Origin: Tilletiaria anomala UBC 951 | Taxonomy: Eukaryota | DNA length: 64,000 nt | Reading direction: 5' to 3' | Assembly: GCF_000711695.1 (NCBI RefSeq) | Contig: NW_013547018.1 | Span: 310,001 to 374,000 of the forward strand | Part shown: piece after piece, positions 36,586 through 50,129 of the stretch | How positions within the stretch are numbered: position 1 is the stretch's first letter | Layout of the letters: each line of letters begins with the position of its first letter | Notes under the pieces: generated by a model | Told to the model about the DNA's origin: nothing | Database searches by the model: none | The model's input: the letters and a program-made list of their open reading frames with translations, nothing else | Made by a program: the position numbers and the translations under genes

Positions 36586-38085
36586 TTAATCTGCATCATC
36601 GTTGTCGTCGGTATTGTCGCCGGCAGCAGCTCGTTCTGCCCGCTCCTTCTCCTCCTTCTCCCTTTGCACTTCGCGCTGCTCGTTGCGCCTCGCTTCGCTC
36701 TGCGAGTACTCCTGCCGGAGGCCCCACTTGCCAGAGTACTGGCCCTTTTGCTGTATGACGGCAATGCTTTGCAGCACCTCGCGCAGGTACGATTCGGGCT
36801 GCTGAGTGCGCTGCCGCAGCTCGGCGAACGTGTAGTACTTTTCGCGCTCGTACAGCGTGAAGAGCTGGTCGAGCAGCTCGTTGCGCGGTATGCGCGCGAA
36901 CTTCTCGCCGCCCCGCCGCCCCGCTTGCGGCTTGCGCCCCGTCTGGAAGGACGGCTCGTGGTTGAGGATGCCGCTAGAGATACGGTTCGTCAGGCCGTTG
37001 TCTGCCTCGTCGAGAATGACAAGACCGTGCCCAGGCTTGCGAGTGTTTCCGCTGCGCACTTTCATCAACTTCCGGTACCCATCCAAGGCGCTGGAAGGAA
37101 GTGGACGGCCACTACTACTAGTACCGGTTGACATGCTCGCCTGTATGCGCTTCTTATCATCCATGGCTGCACGCAAGGACATCAATTGAGGAGTGACAGC
37201 AGCCTCATTGGTCACGGTTCCCACCAATGCGGTGTGACCTGGTGTGGAAGCGCAGGGTATCAGCCATACTGTCAAAGCGGCCCACACGCAACACTCCTTC
37301 CAGTGAGACTCACGTCTGAATTTTGAGTGCCGCTTCCTCTTTTGCCCACTTCCTGCTGCAGCGGCTCCTCCTAATGGCCGCATTGGATCAGGTGCCCTGC
37401 TCTTTCCTTTCAAGCTGGCATGCAGTGGCATGATGTCCTCGTCCTCTTCCGGATCGATCAGACCGTCCAGGTCGTCATCGAGGTCATCTTCGTCATCCAG
37501 ATCCGCATCCTCTCCCCGCTCCTTCCTCGCCTTCTTCTGCGCTTCATCCTCCTCGATGTCCTCGCGCGGTCGCTTCTCCCGGAACGCATACAGATTTCGA
37601 GGATCCTTCTGGCCATTATTCCCGTACGAGGTGTTCTGGTCTGTCAGGCGGAGATCATAGCTGCGCGGTACATGCTGCCCTTCTGGGAAGTCAGCGAATT
37701 GCTCAGCACTGAGAGGGATGGGGTTTGCAGGTGCCGCTGGCAGCAGCAGCTCCATCCGCGGATTGGTGCCCTCTGGTGCACTGCAGCACGAGCAAGCGTC
37801 AGCGGGCAAGCACCCAAAGACTGGTTCGATTCATCCTCAGCAAAACACTCACTCGTACACCCGCACAGTACCGAGATGGAGACTCTCCTTGGTGATCTTG
37901 CCCCAGCCCTCAGCCAGGAATTTGGGCACCTTGACGAGCCACACCTGGTTGTGCGCTTCAGACAGATCGAGATCCTCGTCTGGCTCAATGTCAAAGAAGT
38001 TTGTCCTGAACAGCGGGTCCTCTGGCGGGAGGAGGCCCGCTGCGCCTCCTGATGCCGAGGAGTCGGCCACGGCGTCAGCCTCCAT
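36586..38085 (-). CDS. TFG2: Transcription factor TFIIF beta subunit; introns 37781-37852 and 37239-37313
   Basis: N-terminal VWLVKVPKFLAEGW; winged helix ARIPRNELLDQLFTLY..TQQPESYLREVL..WGLRQEY. Confidence 0.93.
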
Positions 38086-38799
38086 GACAAGGTTAAGCGT
38101 GAGGCGGTTGGCAGAGGGTTCCGGTGACCTCGGTGGCCCTTCGACAGCGCTGGTGTCGACAGCCTTTGCACATGCAGGTCAGGTTAGCCCTCCTTTACGG
38201 TCTGCGGTACGGACACGTTGAGCATGCCCCGACCATGCCTCACCTCTTTGTTCGTACCAACAATGATGAAGCGAGATTGAGCCAGTAGGTAAGCTACACC
38301 ACTCTAGAATGAATGCTTGTTGATGGTGACTGGCGATAGCGTGTCACACGCACACACCTCAGTCTGCTGTCTCTCGTGCGAGAGAGACTGGGCGCAGTTC
38401 CGCCCTTCGCTGCGCTCGAACCGCTTCTCTCTGCTCATTTTCGTCGTTGGGTATACAGTAGCAGCGACAAATAATGTTGTGCTGCATTCAATTCGTCATC
38501 CAGCATCTTCCAACTGCACCTCACACGACCCATCCGACCATCCCACGAGCTCTTATCCGCTAGCAAGCTCACTCGCTCGCTCTCTCACATAGAACTGGCT
38601 GACACGAAGCAGTTGAGTATCCAGTGGCGCGCCTTGGCTCATCCGGTTTCTTTCCCTTGCGACAGCGGGCACTTTAGGCAAGCCGGCAGCATCGGCTTCA
38701 CTGGTCCGCTCTATCTGAGACGCGAACTCTGCTCGTTTTGATCGGTCGATTCTGCACACCGCCACCTGTCAAGCTTGCTATCTTGGCTGTGATAGAATC

Positions 38800-39929
38800 A
38801 TGGTGAGTGTAAAGGGAGCATTGCGGCTTGCCAGGAGCGTCGCGCAGGCGCGAGCCACGCAGCGATGCTCTTATCAAGAAGCGCGTCTGCGAAAGCGCAA
38901 GTCAAATAAATTCTGTATGCTGATGATCCACGGTTTCATGTTTGACGCAACTTAACCTCACTCGCCCTGGCATTAAATACAGTCTCGACCAGTCGCTTCG
39001 ACGCCACATCTAGTATGGGCGGGTGGCCATGCGGTTCTGCTCCTGGCCGGCATCCGTTGCCTGCTCTCCCTGTTGGCGTTCTGGTCCAGCTCGAGGCGTT
39101 TGAACGCCTATTACTACATCGCCTACATCGGTGCCATCGTCAGCTACGGCATTGTCGTATACAAGAGCTTTGGCGTGCCGCAGCTGACCAAGGCGTACTT
39201 CCAGCGCGCGGCGATGGATGAGAATGTCCAGTACTTTTTGCTGAGCCTGTACTGGTTCTGGCACAAGCCGATCATCGTCACACTGGTCCCTTTTGTCGTA
39301 TTTTCACTCTTCCACGTCCTCACATTTGTGCGCACGACGATTATCCCGATGGCGTTCCCCAGCACCCCTTCCTCCAGCAGCAGCAGTGGGCGCGCAGATG
39401 GCACCGCTGCGCAAACACCCCCACCTATGCCGAAGAAGGTCGGCCAGGTCATCCAGACCTGGGTGAAGGGCAACTATGACCCGGCGATGCGCTTTGTCGC
39501 CTACTCGGAGGTGTTCATCTTCCTCCGCCTGCTCGGCGGCGCGATGATCCTGCGCAACAGCCTCATCAGCCCGCTGCTGTACGCCCACTTCCTTCGCCTG
39601 CGCTTCTACATGAGCAGCTTCACCAGACAAGCGTTCACACACGTGGGTGACTTGCTGGATCAAGCAACCAAGGACAACAGGTGTCCACCTGCTGTCCGCA
39701 GGGGCTATCTTACCGCTAGGGATCTGGTGAGTTGTTGAGGGCGGCTGTCCGTGCTGCGGTTTTGCTTACTTCTGCTCTTTTCACCCAGGTCTCGCGCTAC
39801 GCCTCGTCTGTCCTTTCCGTCTCGAATCAGGGCAGTGCGGCAGGTGCCCCAGCAGGCGCCGCAGGAGGTGCTGCCCCTGCCAGCGGGACGTCTGGAGCAG
39901 CCGCAGGTGGAGCAGGTGCTGGCCGCTGA
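38800..39929 (+). CDS. POM33: Pom33/Per33/TMEM33 family membrane protein; exons 38800-38802, 38983-39726, 39789-39929
   Basis: VWAGGH, SYGIVVYK, DENVQY, LVPFVVFSLFHVLTFVR, YAHFLRLRF..SSFTR. Confidence 0.9.
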
Positions 39930-41787
39930 ACTGTACCGCAGCAGGAAACACCCAGCACTGCGTTGGTGCTCGCGTTTTTCCGTCGGTCGGTCGTATCGAC
40001 GGAAGATGTGTAGCTCAGGCGGGACTGCTGGTGGCTGTAGCGTTGCTGCTCTCCGAGGAGCGGTACGAGCATCTGCTGCCCCTGCTGCTGCTGTTGCATT
40101 GCTGTCAACTGTCGGGTGCCCAGACAAAAGAATGGACTATGACCACACATCTTATCTTCCAGCAAATCAATTCACACCACCTTTTCCAGCTCGACATACT
40201 CTCGATCAACGAAGTGCGACGAGCTGCACTCGGAAGCCTACACCCGGCTTGATAATTCTTCTCTCGCACGTTGCGCCGCCAGCTTGGTGGGGTGGGGTGC
40301 AGTGCGACGCGGCGCGCGGCGTGGCCGCAGCCAGCAGGCGTGCTATCTGTTTATGTATCCTAGTCTCTCCTTTGTAGGAAGCAGAGTGCTCCCCCGTTGC
40401 AAATCTGCTGATGCGCGCAGCTCGCTCGATCCACGCGCCAGCCACTGCGCACGAGGGCAACGGACATGCAGGGCGGCGCGAATGGCAACTTGAATCGCCC
40501 GCCCGTAGCTGGACAGTGAAAAACACGTTGCAAGGATGAGTGGGGCTCTGTGCTGATGGCGGTGCAAACATGACAACGCAATGTGCAGGCGGAGTTGTGC
40601 TGGTGGCGGTACAAGAAGCCCAAGAAGGCATTTATTTTATGCAAATTAATACATTGACAGCAAGCCCGAGTCCAAGCAAGACACACGACCCTGAGCGACG
40701 ACATGTGATCGCCAGGAGGTGTCGGTACATACTGCGTGCATCCTGAGTCCAAGTTCTAGATGTCAAAGTTGGCAAGGCCAAGCAAGGTTGACATGGCTCC
40801 GGTGGCTTTCCAGTTGGTAGCCGATTATGGCACTGCAAGTTCTCCATGCAGCCTGATCTTCTACCTACCCTCTACATGATCACATCTGTACGTAGGATCT
40901 GCATGATGCTATGCACCAACAGAACAATTTGGCAGCGCGACGCGTCCAGCCACAAGCTGCCACAAGCGACTCTGGATTACAAGCCTGTTCATGCCTGTCA
41001 ACTCGTCCGTCAGGCGGCCCTTGCGTCCCGTCTGACGAGAAGCGTCGTGCTATGCCGTACAGACCGAGGGGAAGGGCAGAGATGCATTGTACATGCCGTG
41101 TTGCACACTTGTACGGCTGGCTCGATCCCTGCGCACGACATAGACTTTTGAGCACCCACCAAGTAGAAGGATCCACAGACGTTTCCACGGCAAAAGGTGA
41201 CCGGGGAAGAGGAGAAGAAGCAGGATGGGAACTTCCGCGAAAACGGCGGCAAGCAGCAGCCCAGCAACGACTCGTGCTTGGTATAGCTCTGGCTGGGCGA
41301 TCACCCGAGCGCGATCATCGTCATCACCATTGTCTCTCAGTGTCACCAGGGGGCAGACTTCACACATGGATCCATCGTCCTCTCCTCTCGCTGTGTGGCA
41401 CAGTTGGGGGGGGGTCCCATTCCCTGTTGGTGGTTGTGATTGAGCCACGTGTCGCCACTCTGCAGTCTCGAATCTGGCTGGACTTTGCCTGCCCACCCGC
41501 TGGAGTAACTTGGACATTTCCCCCCGCGCCCGTGCCGGCTAAGACGGGTGGAAGATATGCCGACTGCCGGGTTGTCTTGGCGGACACACAGGCACAGTGG
41601 CGCCGCACACCCCCGCCCTCACGTTCACTTTGCCTCCCAGTATTAACACCCGCCTTCGTCATCCTTCAGCTCCTGCTTCTGGTTAGTTGGTTACCTTGGT
41701 TGCCCTCTCGAAGTACGAATCCATCGACCCCGACGAAAGCCAGACAGCTCTTGCTGTTGCTACCTGCATTTTTACACCACATTCCGC

Positions 41788-43449
41788 ATGACCGTCTCGC
41801 CCGTCATGCCGACGCTAAAGTACGAGCACCATGTCGTCGAACAGTACATCAACCCTTCCACCTGGGCTTTTGTCGAGAGTAAATTCAGCCCCCTCGCAAA
41901 GGAACTGCTGACCAAGGTCGTCCACTTCATCCATGTGAGCCGCTTTTCAACCCCAATCTCTGGTGACGTGCTCTGCTGACAGGTTCGAGTTTCGCTCGCT
42001 CTTTTTCGCACACCCAGGACGAGTGCTTGCCCGCCGAAGAGCTGTTCCACGCACAGATTGAGAAGGACCCATCGCTGCGATGGAAGGTCTACCCGGCCAT
42101 AATCGAGGGGCTCAAGAAAAAGGCCAGGGCGCAGGGGATCTGGAACTTGTTCCTCTCCAAGGAAAAGTATCCAGACGTTGGCGTCCCTCTGACCAACCTC
42201 GAGTACGCCATCATGGCAGAGATGACGGGCCGCTCGCATCACTTTGCAAGCGAGGCGCTCAACTGCAGCGCACCAGACACTGGCAACATGGAGGTCCTCG
42301 CCAAGTATGGAAACCAGCAGCAGAAGGACACCTGGCTCAGGCCCCTTCTCAATGGTGAAATCCGATCGTGAGTGACAAGGAATCGAGCGATCGATCGAAC
42401 CGCTGTCCCAACCGTTCCCCATGCCCTCCTTCTGAATTCAGTGCCTTTGCCATGACTGAGCGCTTCATCGCTTCATCCGACGCCACCAACATCCGCACCG
42501 ACATTCGGCAGGAGGGCAACGAGATCGTCATCAACGGGCACAAGTGGTGGATCTCGGGTGCGGGTGACCCGCGCTGCAAGGTGCATCTACTGATGGGCAA
42601 ATCGGATCCGAACAACAGCAACAAGTACGCGCAGCAGTCGATGGTTATCATCCCTGCGGACACGCCCGGCGTCAAGGTGGTGCGTCCGATGCAGGTGTTC
42701 GGGTATGACGATGCGCCCGAGGGTCACTGCGAGGTCATCTACGAGAATGTGCGCGTGCCGATCGGCAACCTGATCAAGGGCTGGGGACGCGGCTTTGAGA
42801 TAATCCAGGGTCGTCTGGGCCCGGGCCGGATTCACCACTGCATGCGCTCGCTTGGCACGGCGGAGCGCGCGCTGGAACTCATGCTGACGCGCGCGACTGA
42901 CAAGCGCAAGGTCGCCTTCGGGAAGACGCTCAGCGAGCACGGCACGATCGTCGCGGGCATCGCGCAGAGCCGCATCGACATTGAGAAGGCGCGCCTGCTC
43001 GTGCTCATGGCCGCGCATAAGATCGACGTCACCGACGCCAAGGGCGCGCTGCGCGACATTGCCATGAGCAAGGTCGCCGTCGTCAAAGCCGCGCTCGATG
43101 TCGTTGACCGCGCCATGCAGGCACACGGCGCAGAAGGAATCAGCCAGGACACGCCGCTCGCCGCCATGTGGTCTGGCCTACGGACGCTCAGGTACGCCGA
43201 CGGGCCGGACGAGGTGCACCTCCAGCAGCTGGGGAAGATCGAGGTGAGTTGTCAACGAGGAGCAGCGTAGAGCGTCCTGATATACCTTCTCTTGGCCGAG
43301 CTGACCCCCACCCCATTCGTCCTTCTTTTCTCCTTCCTACGGCTACTTCACAGCTTCGCCGGGCCGAAGACCTCTGGAAGCGCCAGATCGCGCGCGAAGA
43401 GAAGAGCGTGCAGCTGCTCAAGGCACATGGCATCAAATCGCATTTGTAA
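41788..43449 (+). CDS. Acyl-CoA dehydrogenase (ACAD10/11-like domain), probably peroxisomal; 3 introns
   Basis: NCSAPDTGNMEVL, SAFAMTE..ASSDATNI, INGHKWWISGAGDPRC, QGRLGPGRIHHCMR, ADGPDEVH; ends in SHL. Confidence 0.93.
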
Positions 43450-43970
43450 CATGCCAAACCAGAAAATTGCACGGCTCGGAATGAATTTGCAACATGTAGA
43501 TGCCATCCCTCTTCTCGCCCCGTGCTGCCATGACGGTTAATGATGTTGTACCTTTCTCCAATTCTTTTGTCAGCCTCACCTCGCCTCCCTTTGCCTTGGC
43601 ATGTCTTCTTTCCTTTCATTTGCCCCACTGCTGGACCCGAGAGCGATCTGTGACACCCACAGCGCAGAATGTACACACCTTTTGCGCGTGTTGCTTGCTG
43701 TGGCAAAAGTGGAAACTAGACTGTGTTGCGCGTAAGAGTAGATAGTCACTGAGCCGTCACCTCAATGGGGAGTGCACAACTCCCATCTTGAAATGCCCTT
43801 TCCATGTCATCCCAGGTTATGGATTGCGTTGTGCACATACCGTCTGATACCGAGTGGCGTCCTCTGAAGACTGCACTTCCAGGCCGTAGAGGCAAGAGAA
43901 AGGTCTGCTGCCGTGCCGTGCACCGAGAGGAAAGGATTGTTCATTGCTTGCTTGGACGAAACGGCCAACG

Positions 43971-45593
43971 ATGGCGGGCGAGTTGCGAGTCCTCAGTCTG
44001 AATTGCTGGTAAGTAAGGGCAGAGCATGCTCGCTTACTCAAGTTTAACGTGTGCTGAGACGGTTGGATTTTGCGTCTGTTTCTTTGAATGTGCGTCGTAA
44101 AGGGGCCTCCCGCAGCCCCTATCAAAGGCCAAGCAAGTGCGCATGCGAGCGATCGCCGCCCGTCTTGCGTTGTCATTCTACGACATTGTCGGTCTGCAAG
44201 AGCTTTGGGTCTCCTCGATCGATTATGTAGAATTCAAGAGCGCTTTGTCCGTCCGTTTCCCGTACTCCAAATTCTTCTACGGCGGCAGCTTCGGGATGGG
44301 GCTCGCCATCTTTAGCCGCTTTCCCATTGTCGAGACACAGAGTCGCAGCTATACGTACAACGGCTGGCCTGTTGCCGTCGCACACGGCGACTGGATTGTC
44401 GGCAAAGGTGCTGGCTGCGCGACCATCAGCGTGCAGTCCTCGCCAGAAGGAAGCATCGAAGACGGGTTTCTGCTCGATGTGTGGGTCACGCACACCGTCG
44501 CAGCCGGCGGTGAAGATGGTCCGGAGCATGCGCGCTGTCCACGCATCACGCAGACGTACGAGCTGGCACATTGGGCACGCGAGAGCGCCGAGCGCGGGAG
44601 ACACGTCATCGCTCTGGGTGACTTTAACTGCACGCCGCCATCGCTGTCGACGGGCATGATGCGGCACATTGGCCAATTCAGCGACGCGTTCCTCGAAACT
44701 CACCCCTCCTTGCCGCCCAACGCTACGACGCTACCATCCGACTCGGGCGCAGAGAGCAGTTCCCAGTTGCATATACAGATGCAACGTCAGCAGCAGCCCG
44801 ATCCCCAGCGGGCCATCGACGAATTGGGCGTCACGTGCGATTCGCCGCTGTGCACTTGGACAGCGGGTAAGAAGCTCGACGCGCGAGCGCAGCAGGGCGC
44901 AGGGAAGCGGCTCGACTATATTTATTACACCGGTCCTCGCCGTGGCGAGGGTATGTACAATCGTAGACAGGCAGCCGCGCATGGCCGACTCAAGGCGCGC
45001 GAATGCCAGGTGTGCTTCACCGAGCCCATCCCCGGGCACGGCTTTTCATATACAGATCACTTCGGAGTCGAGGCCGTCTTTGACATTGCATCAGAGTCGG
45101 CGCAGCCTTCCTCGGCGTTTTCATCGTGCATGACAGCGTCACAATCCACTGCGATCCGAACGCTCGAGTTGTCCATAAACGCTTTGACGATGGGCCAGAG
45201 ACAAGCAGGCAAGCAGCAGCGCACGCAGCTCACCGGATTCTTTGTCATCCTCATCATCGCTGTTGCCCTCGTCATCGGGAGCGGTTTCCAGTCCGTGAAA
45301 GGCGTTGGTGTCGTGTTCACGTTCCTCAGCGTCGTAGCTGGCTGGGGCGCGACGACATTGTTGTACAGCGGGCTCATTTGGGGCGAGTGGGAGAAACGTG
45401 AGCCCCCCACAGTCTGTCCGCCGCTTTGCAATGACAGAGGACACTAATTCATTATGGGCATCTCACAGGTATATACACGACCTTCCGCGAGTCGATGGCG
45501 CTCGAACTGGCGCATCTTCAACAGCCGCCGTCGCCGCCCTTGGGACCGGCGCGAAATGACAGTGTCACTATCGCGGATGTGTCATTGATCTGA
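43971..45593 (+). CDS. ISC1: Inositol phosphosphingolipid phospholipase C (neutral sphingomyelinase); introns 44009-44102, 45398-45468
   Basis: LRVLSLNCW|GL, DIVGLQELW, GLAIFSRFPI, GDFN, KRLDYI, TDHFGVEA, two C-terminal hydrophobic helices. Confidence 0.9.
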
Positions 45594-45696
45594 CATAGAC
45601 CTCGCCTGAATACGGAGCAGGGGATAGGATACCGAATCTTTTTTGAAAAGTGCATGCTCATAGCATATCAAGGCATTCCACATGCCCCTTGGCTGA

Positions 45697-48540
45697 TTAT
45701 TGTTGCGCGTCGAACAAGAGCTGGCTGGTGGCGAGGCACAAGTTGACCTCGTCCGCCATGGGAATGACCCTGCAAGCGCGGCAACCCTCCAGCTCGGTCA
45801 GGGAAGCGATCGACAAAGAGGTCTGCCAAGCTACTCACATGTCCCAGTATTTGGATAGCTCTGCCAAAGTATCATGAGCCTCTTTCACCTTCTCCCAGAT
45901 TTCGTGTAGCTGTATCAACTGCTGCTGCCGACCCTCCTGCGTCGCCATCTTGCGCAAGTCCTTCTGCAGCGCTGCTGATCCTTGTGCAGATTGTACAAGC
46001 TCGCGCGAAAAGTCCGAAATGGGCGCGGCAGAGGCAGTGCTAGCACCCACACCTGCACCGGCCTTAAGCGTAGCAATATCGTCGTCTGCGTGAGCTTTGT
46101 GCTCGTCATCATCGAGTCCGTTCGAGAGCGAGAGCGCTTGCATCAAGAGCGTAAAAGCGATGAGCACGTGCGAGCATGCCGGGAATGGATTCACTTTGAG
46201 TGCGTCGCCGCGCGAGAGCTCGAGCAGGCGCTTGCTCGCGTAGACGCATCGATCAAGACTGTACCTTGCATCGAAGGGTCCTTTGAGTGCAGCAGGCTGC
46301 GGGGGGGGGACATCCGCTGCTGGTGTTGCGGCTCTTTTGGATGCTTTGCCTGCTGAGCAGGTGATGTCGAGGGTTGTTCTGGCGCAGAGTATGTCCACTT
46401 CGACACTGGGTTGAAGGGCCCGTCGAATGCGGCAGGAAAAACCTCATTGAGCCAATCGGTTTCGTTGTCAGCGATGTTGAGCGAGTCAGCGCTAGTTTCC
46501 GCAGGGAAAATGCTGGAGAATGCGTCCGGCATGGGCACCTGGCATATTTGCTTGTTGTTGTTGTCACCCACGCTGCTGAGGAAGCAGAGCTTACGCTCAA
46601 AAAGAGTCGCGCCTTGGAATGCTGAAGAGAGATGCAAAGTGAGCCATGCTGTATACAGCTGAATGGCGGTAGAAAGATGCAGGTACGCGATCATGTCATC
46701 TTCAATGCCGCCCAGATTAGCGGTAGGTGGTTGCGACCGCCATCTGGGCTGATCCCCCCTTTCGATGACTGCGATTTGCTGCTGGAGTGCTTGGTCGATT
46801 GCCGTCATGCTTTGCATGGTCTGCTGCCTGGACGACTGGTTGAGCGATGGGTAGTCAGAGAATGAGCTCGGCGTCGCGGGTTTTGCCATGGAGGCACCGT
46901 CCACAGCGATGCTCGAATCGTCTCCAGCTGATCCGATCGGAACAGCGCCAAAACCAAAATTGCGGCCCAGATCCGCGAGCCTAACTGACGATGAAGTAGG
47001 CTGCAAAGCCCCCTTCATGGTGCTGTCCGACTGATTATCGGGCGTGTCGGTCGATTGCGCGAGTGCGAGTACGCGATCCTGCACGAGGAGCAGCGCTTGC
47101 AGGGAGAGGATATTGCCAGCCCAGGCCTGCTGATCTTTGCAGTTCGGCAGCTCGCTCGTCACGCGCGGATCATCCGCGCGGATCGTCGGGATGCGACCAG
47201 TATTGTAAGAAGCCCACATGAGCAGACCCCATGTGACCCACCACGTGCGCTTCATCATCTCGTGCACATTCTCTGTGGAGAATTGCGCAAAAGCGGTGCT
47301 GGTGCTGGTGGCAGACCCGGCGCTGGATGCCACGCTGAAACAGCTTTGCTGCCGGTGGTGCGGTCTTCCGAACGTCGAGCTGCTTGAATTTCCTGTCAGG
47401 CGGTGCAAGCCCTTTGACATCGCTAGGCCCAGAGCTTGATCCGCCTTAAGTCGTGCTTTGAGGGCCCGTCCGCTGCCGTACTGATGGTGGTAACGAAAGC
47501 CCAAGAGCATGAGCAATCATCACATAATGGAGACCGCCAGTAGCCAACGCACCTCGTAGATGATTAGCACACACAACGCCTGGATGATCTCAAGCAGAGC
47601 GGCAGGACTATCCTGCTCATCGGCTGCTTCGAGCGCCGCATCAATCGCCTCGCTCGCCATGCGCTGGTAGACAGCGGTGATCTGCCTGACACGTTTCTTT
47701 TTCTCTGGACTGCCAAAATTGAGCCCGCTGCCGCCCATGCCGTGCAGTGGACCCGGCGGCTGCTCCTCGTCCATGAGCAGTGGTAGGATGCACTGCAGCG
47801 CCAGCAAAAACGGCGAGCGCGGCGAGAATGACGACGCCAGCGCGGCGAGATGCTCGGGTGGGAGTAAGACTGGAATGAAGCGGTAGAGGTAGCGATAGTA
47901 ATCGATTAGCAGCGCGCTACGGACGCTACTTTGCTCAATGGGTGGGAAGAGATTGGTTGCTGCTTCCCGGTAAGGGTCTGGGTAAAAGCCGGGGGACTGG
48001 AGCACGATGGAGGGTGAGAAAGCATCTTGCTGCTGTTGTTGCTGTCGCTGCTGCTGCTGCTGAGCACTGCCGCCTGGAAAACCCCCATCTCTAGACTGCT
48101 GCGCATGCGTTTGCGACAGGACATTGATCCCAACAGCGGCAGCAACGTCGAAATGCAACAAGCCATCAGCTGCTGTTCCATTCTCCTGCGCCTTTGCATC
48201 TTCTTGCGTTGCCGCCTGCTGATGATGATGGTTTAAAAAGGGCAAGTCGCCGGCGCCGCTCCCACCTCCAAGCGCGTCTAAAGTGATGGGCTGCACACCA
48301 TAGCCATTCGTCCGCGCAGAAGGATGTTGCCCTTGGACAAGCATCGCGATTTCATTAGCATTGGAATTTAGTAACTGCGCTTGACCTCGCCCTGCTCCGA
48401 CTCCCACAACGGCTGCTGCACCCGCCGACAAACTCGTTCCTTGATCTGCCGCTCCTAGCTGCTGCAGTCGCTGCTGCGCAAAAGGATTAAAAAATTGCAT
48501 GCTCACGTCGCTCGGACTGACATGCACCGCACTCGGGGAA

Positions 48541-48589
<49 letters not shown>

Positions 48590-49353
48590 TTGCTTGCCCT
48601 ACCCCCGCTACGCCTCCCAGCTCCGACAATGCCGACATCGCTTCATCCTTCTGGAACTCGCGCAACTGAGGCACAGCCCCTGGCATGCGCACTGTGTGCG
48701 GTAAGTTAGTCATTGCGAGCAGCGACTGCAAATGGCTCTGCATCGTTTCTATGATCGCAACAACCGCGGTTGCACAGTCAGTCAAAACAAGTCATCCCGC
48801 ACAGTTTTGCTCTGTCCGATGAGCCTGGAACCGATCGCTCACTTGCATCAGGCTTCTTCTTCGGCTTGCCCCCTCGCCTGGATATTGTGTATGTGCATTC
48901 GCCCGGCTTGTTGCGCAGCACGCATGCCTTGCACGGGGTTTCGCCGTTGCATTTTGATTTCCTGCATCAATGTATCGGAGCAAAGAATCAGTTTCGATCC
49001 CTCTTTCTCTTGCTAACTCTCTCGACTATGTACCTGGACCGACAAAAGGTACACGCGGCCTTGACGGGAGGCACTTGCGGGGCCTTGTGAATCTGTCCAT
49101 CTCCAATGCCGCTTTCGCCAGTATTCGTAGGACTGGACGACTCGCCAGCAGCTGTTACATCGGTCCGCTTCCGACCATATGAAGTGCCAGCTGTACTGCT
49201 ACTACCGCCGGTGTTTCGTACAGGGCCGATGCTGGATTCACGCTGCGGAGATGATATATTCCCCTCAAGGTTCGGAGATGCTCCTGCTCCTGCTCCTTCG
49301 CCTGAGCCGGAGTGGGAGCCTGATGGAGCACCTCCAGACACTAAATGATTCAT
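45697..49353 (-). CDS. Zn(II)2Cys6 transcription factor with fungal TF domain; apparent frameshift at G9 tract 46301-46309
   Basis: Spliced AACTFCRSR|KSKCNGETPCKACVLRNKPGECTYTISRRGG; YYRYLYRFIPVL, EMMKRTWW; last exon VIPMADEVNLCLATSQLLFDAQQ*. Confidence 0.85.
48541..48588. repeat. (GTCGCT)8 hexanucleotide microsatellite encoding (Thr-Ala)n on the minus strand
   Basis: Read directly from the sequence. Confidence 0.95.
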
Positions 49354-50129
49354 CCTGCTCGCCTCTTGCGAGCAGCAACGAGCGCTGCCTATCCAGTAGC
49401 TCCAGCCCTTCTGCAGACGCACAGCCGTGGATCGAGGCACACCCTGGTGCGCTATTAGACTACCTGGCAATTGCTCCAGTAGGATGATATTCTGCTCGCG
49501 TTGGCGCAGTCTTGTTGCAAGGTTTGCGTCGCTAAGAAAGGCACCGTGGGCAGCGCGAGCGACTCTTTTCTAGCAGGAGCAGAATGAGTCCCCCGGTGTG
49601 CCGCTCTCGACATGCACTCGGAGGGTCATGTGGCAGTTGCGCATAGCAACGGGATGACCGCATTATATATAACAAGTAGCACCAGAGACCCTGGCCCAGG
49701 CACCGAGAGCAACGCATCAGTGAGACCGTATCACACCTTCCATTCCGCCCATCACCATCTTGACCATTTTCCTCTTGCGATCACCATCTGCCTTGCCACT
49801 CCCCCCGTCTGGTGCAGCTGTGGCGTCGCGTGCATGTACATATCCGCGAACATTCTCGACAGCAACAAGGCCCTGGGATGCACATACCTTCTCATGCCTC
49901 GTGGGTCACCCGTGGCCTTACATATTCGTATGTACTTCAATGTGGCACTTGTATGGCCGAACATTGTCACGCCGACAGCGGAGCACGCGAGCCCCGCTTC
50001 TGCTCAAGTTGTCACTTTGAAGCGTTCATTCTATTGTATGCATGAAGCGCATACCATACATGCATCCAACCTGTAAAGCGACTCGTCGCTTGGCTTTGCA
50101 TATATCTGCATTGGTTCCTTTCATGGGCC

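Noticed and set aside
40911..41882. 323-aa ORF upstream of the acyl-CoA dehydrogenase
   Set aside because: Composition looks non-coding and it overlaps the ACAD start out of frame
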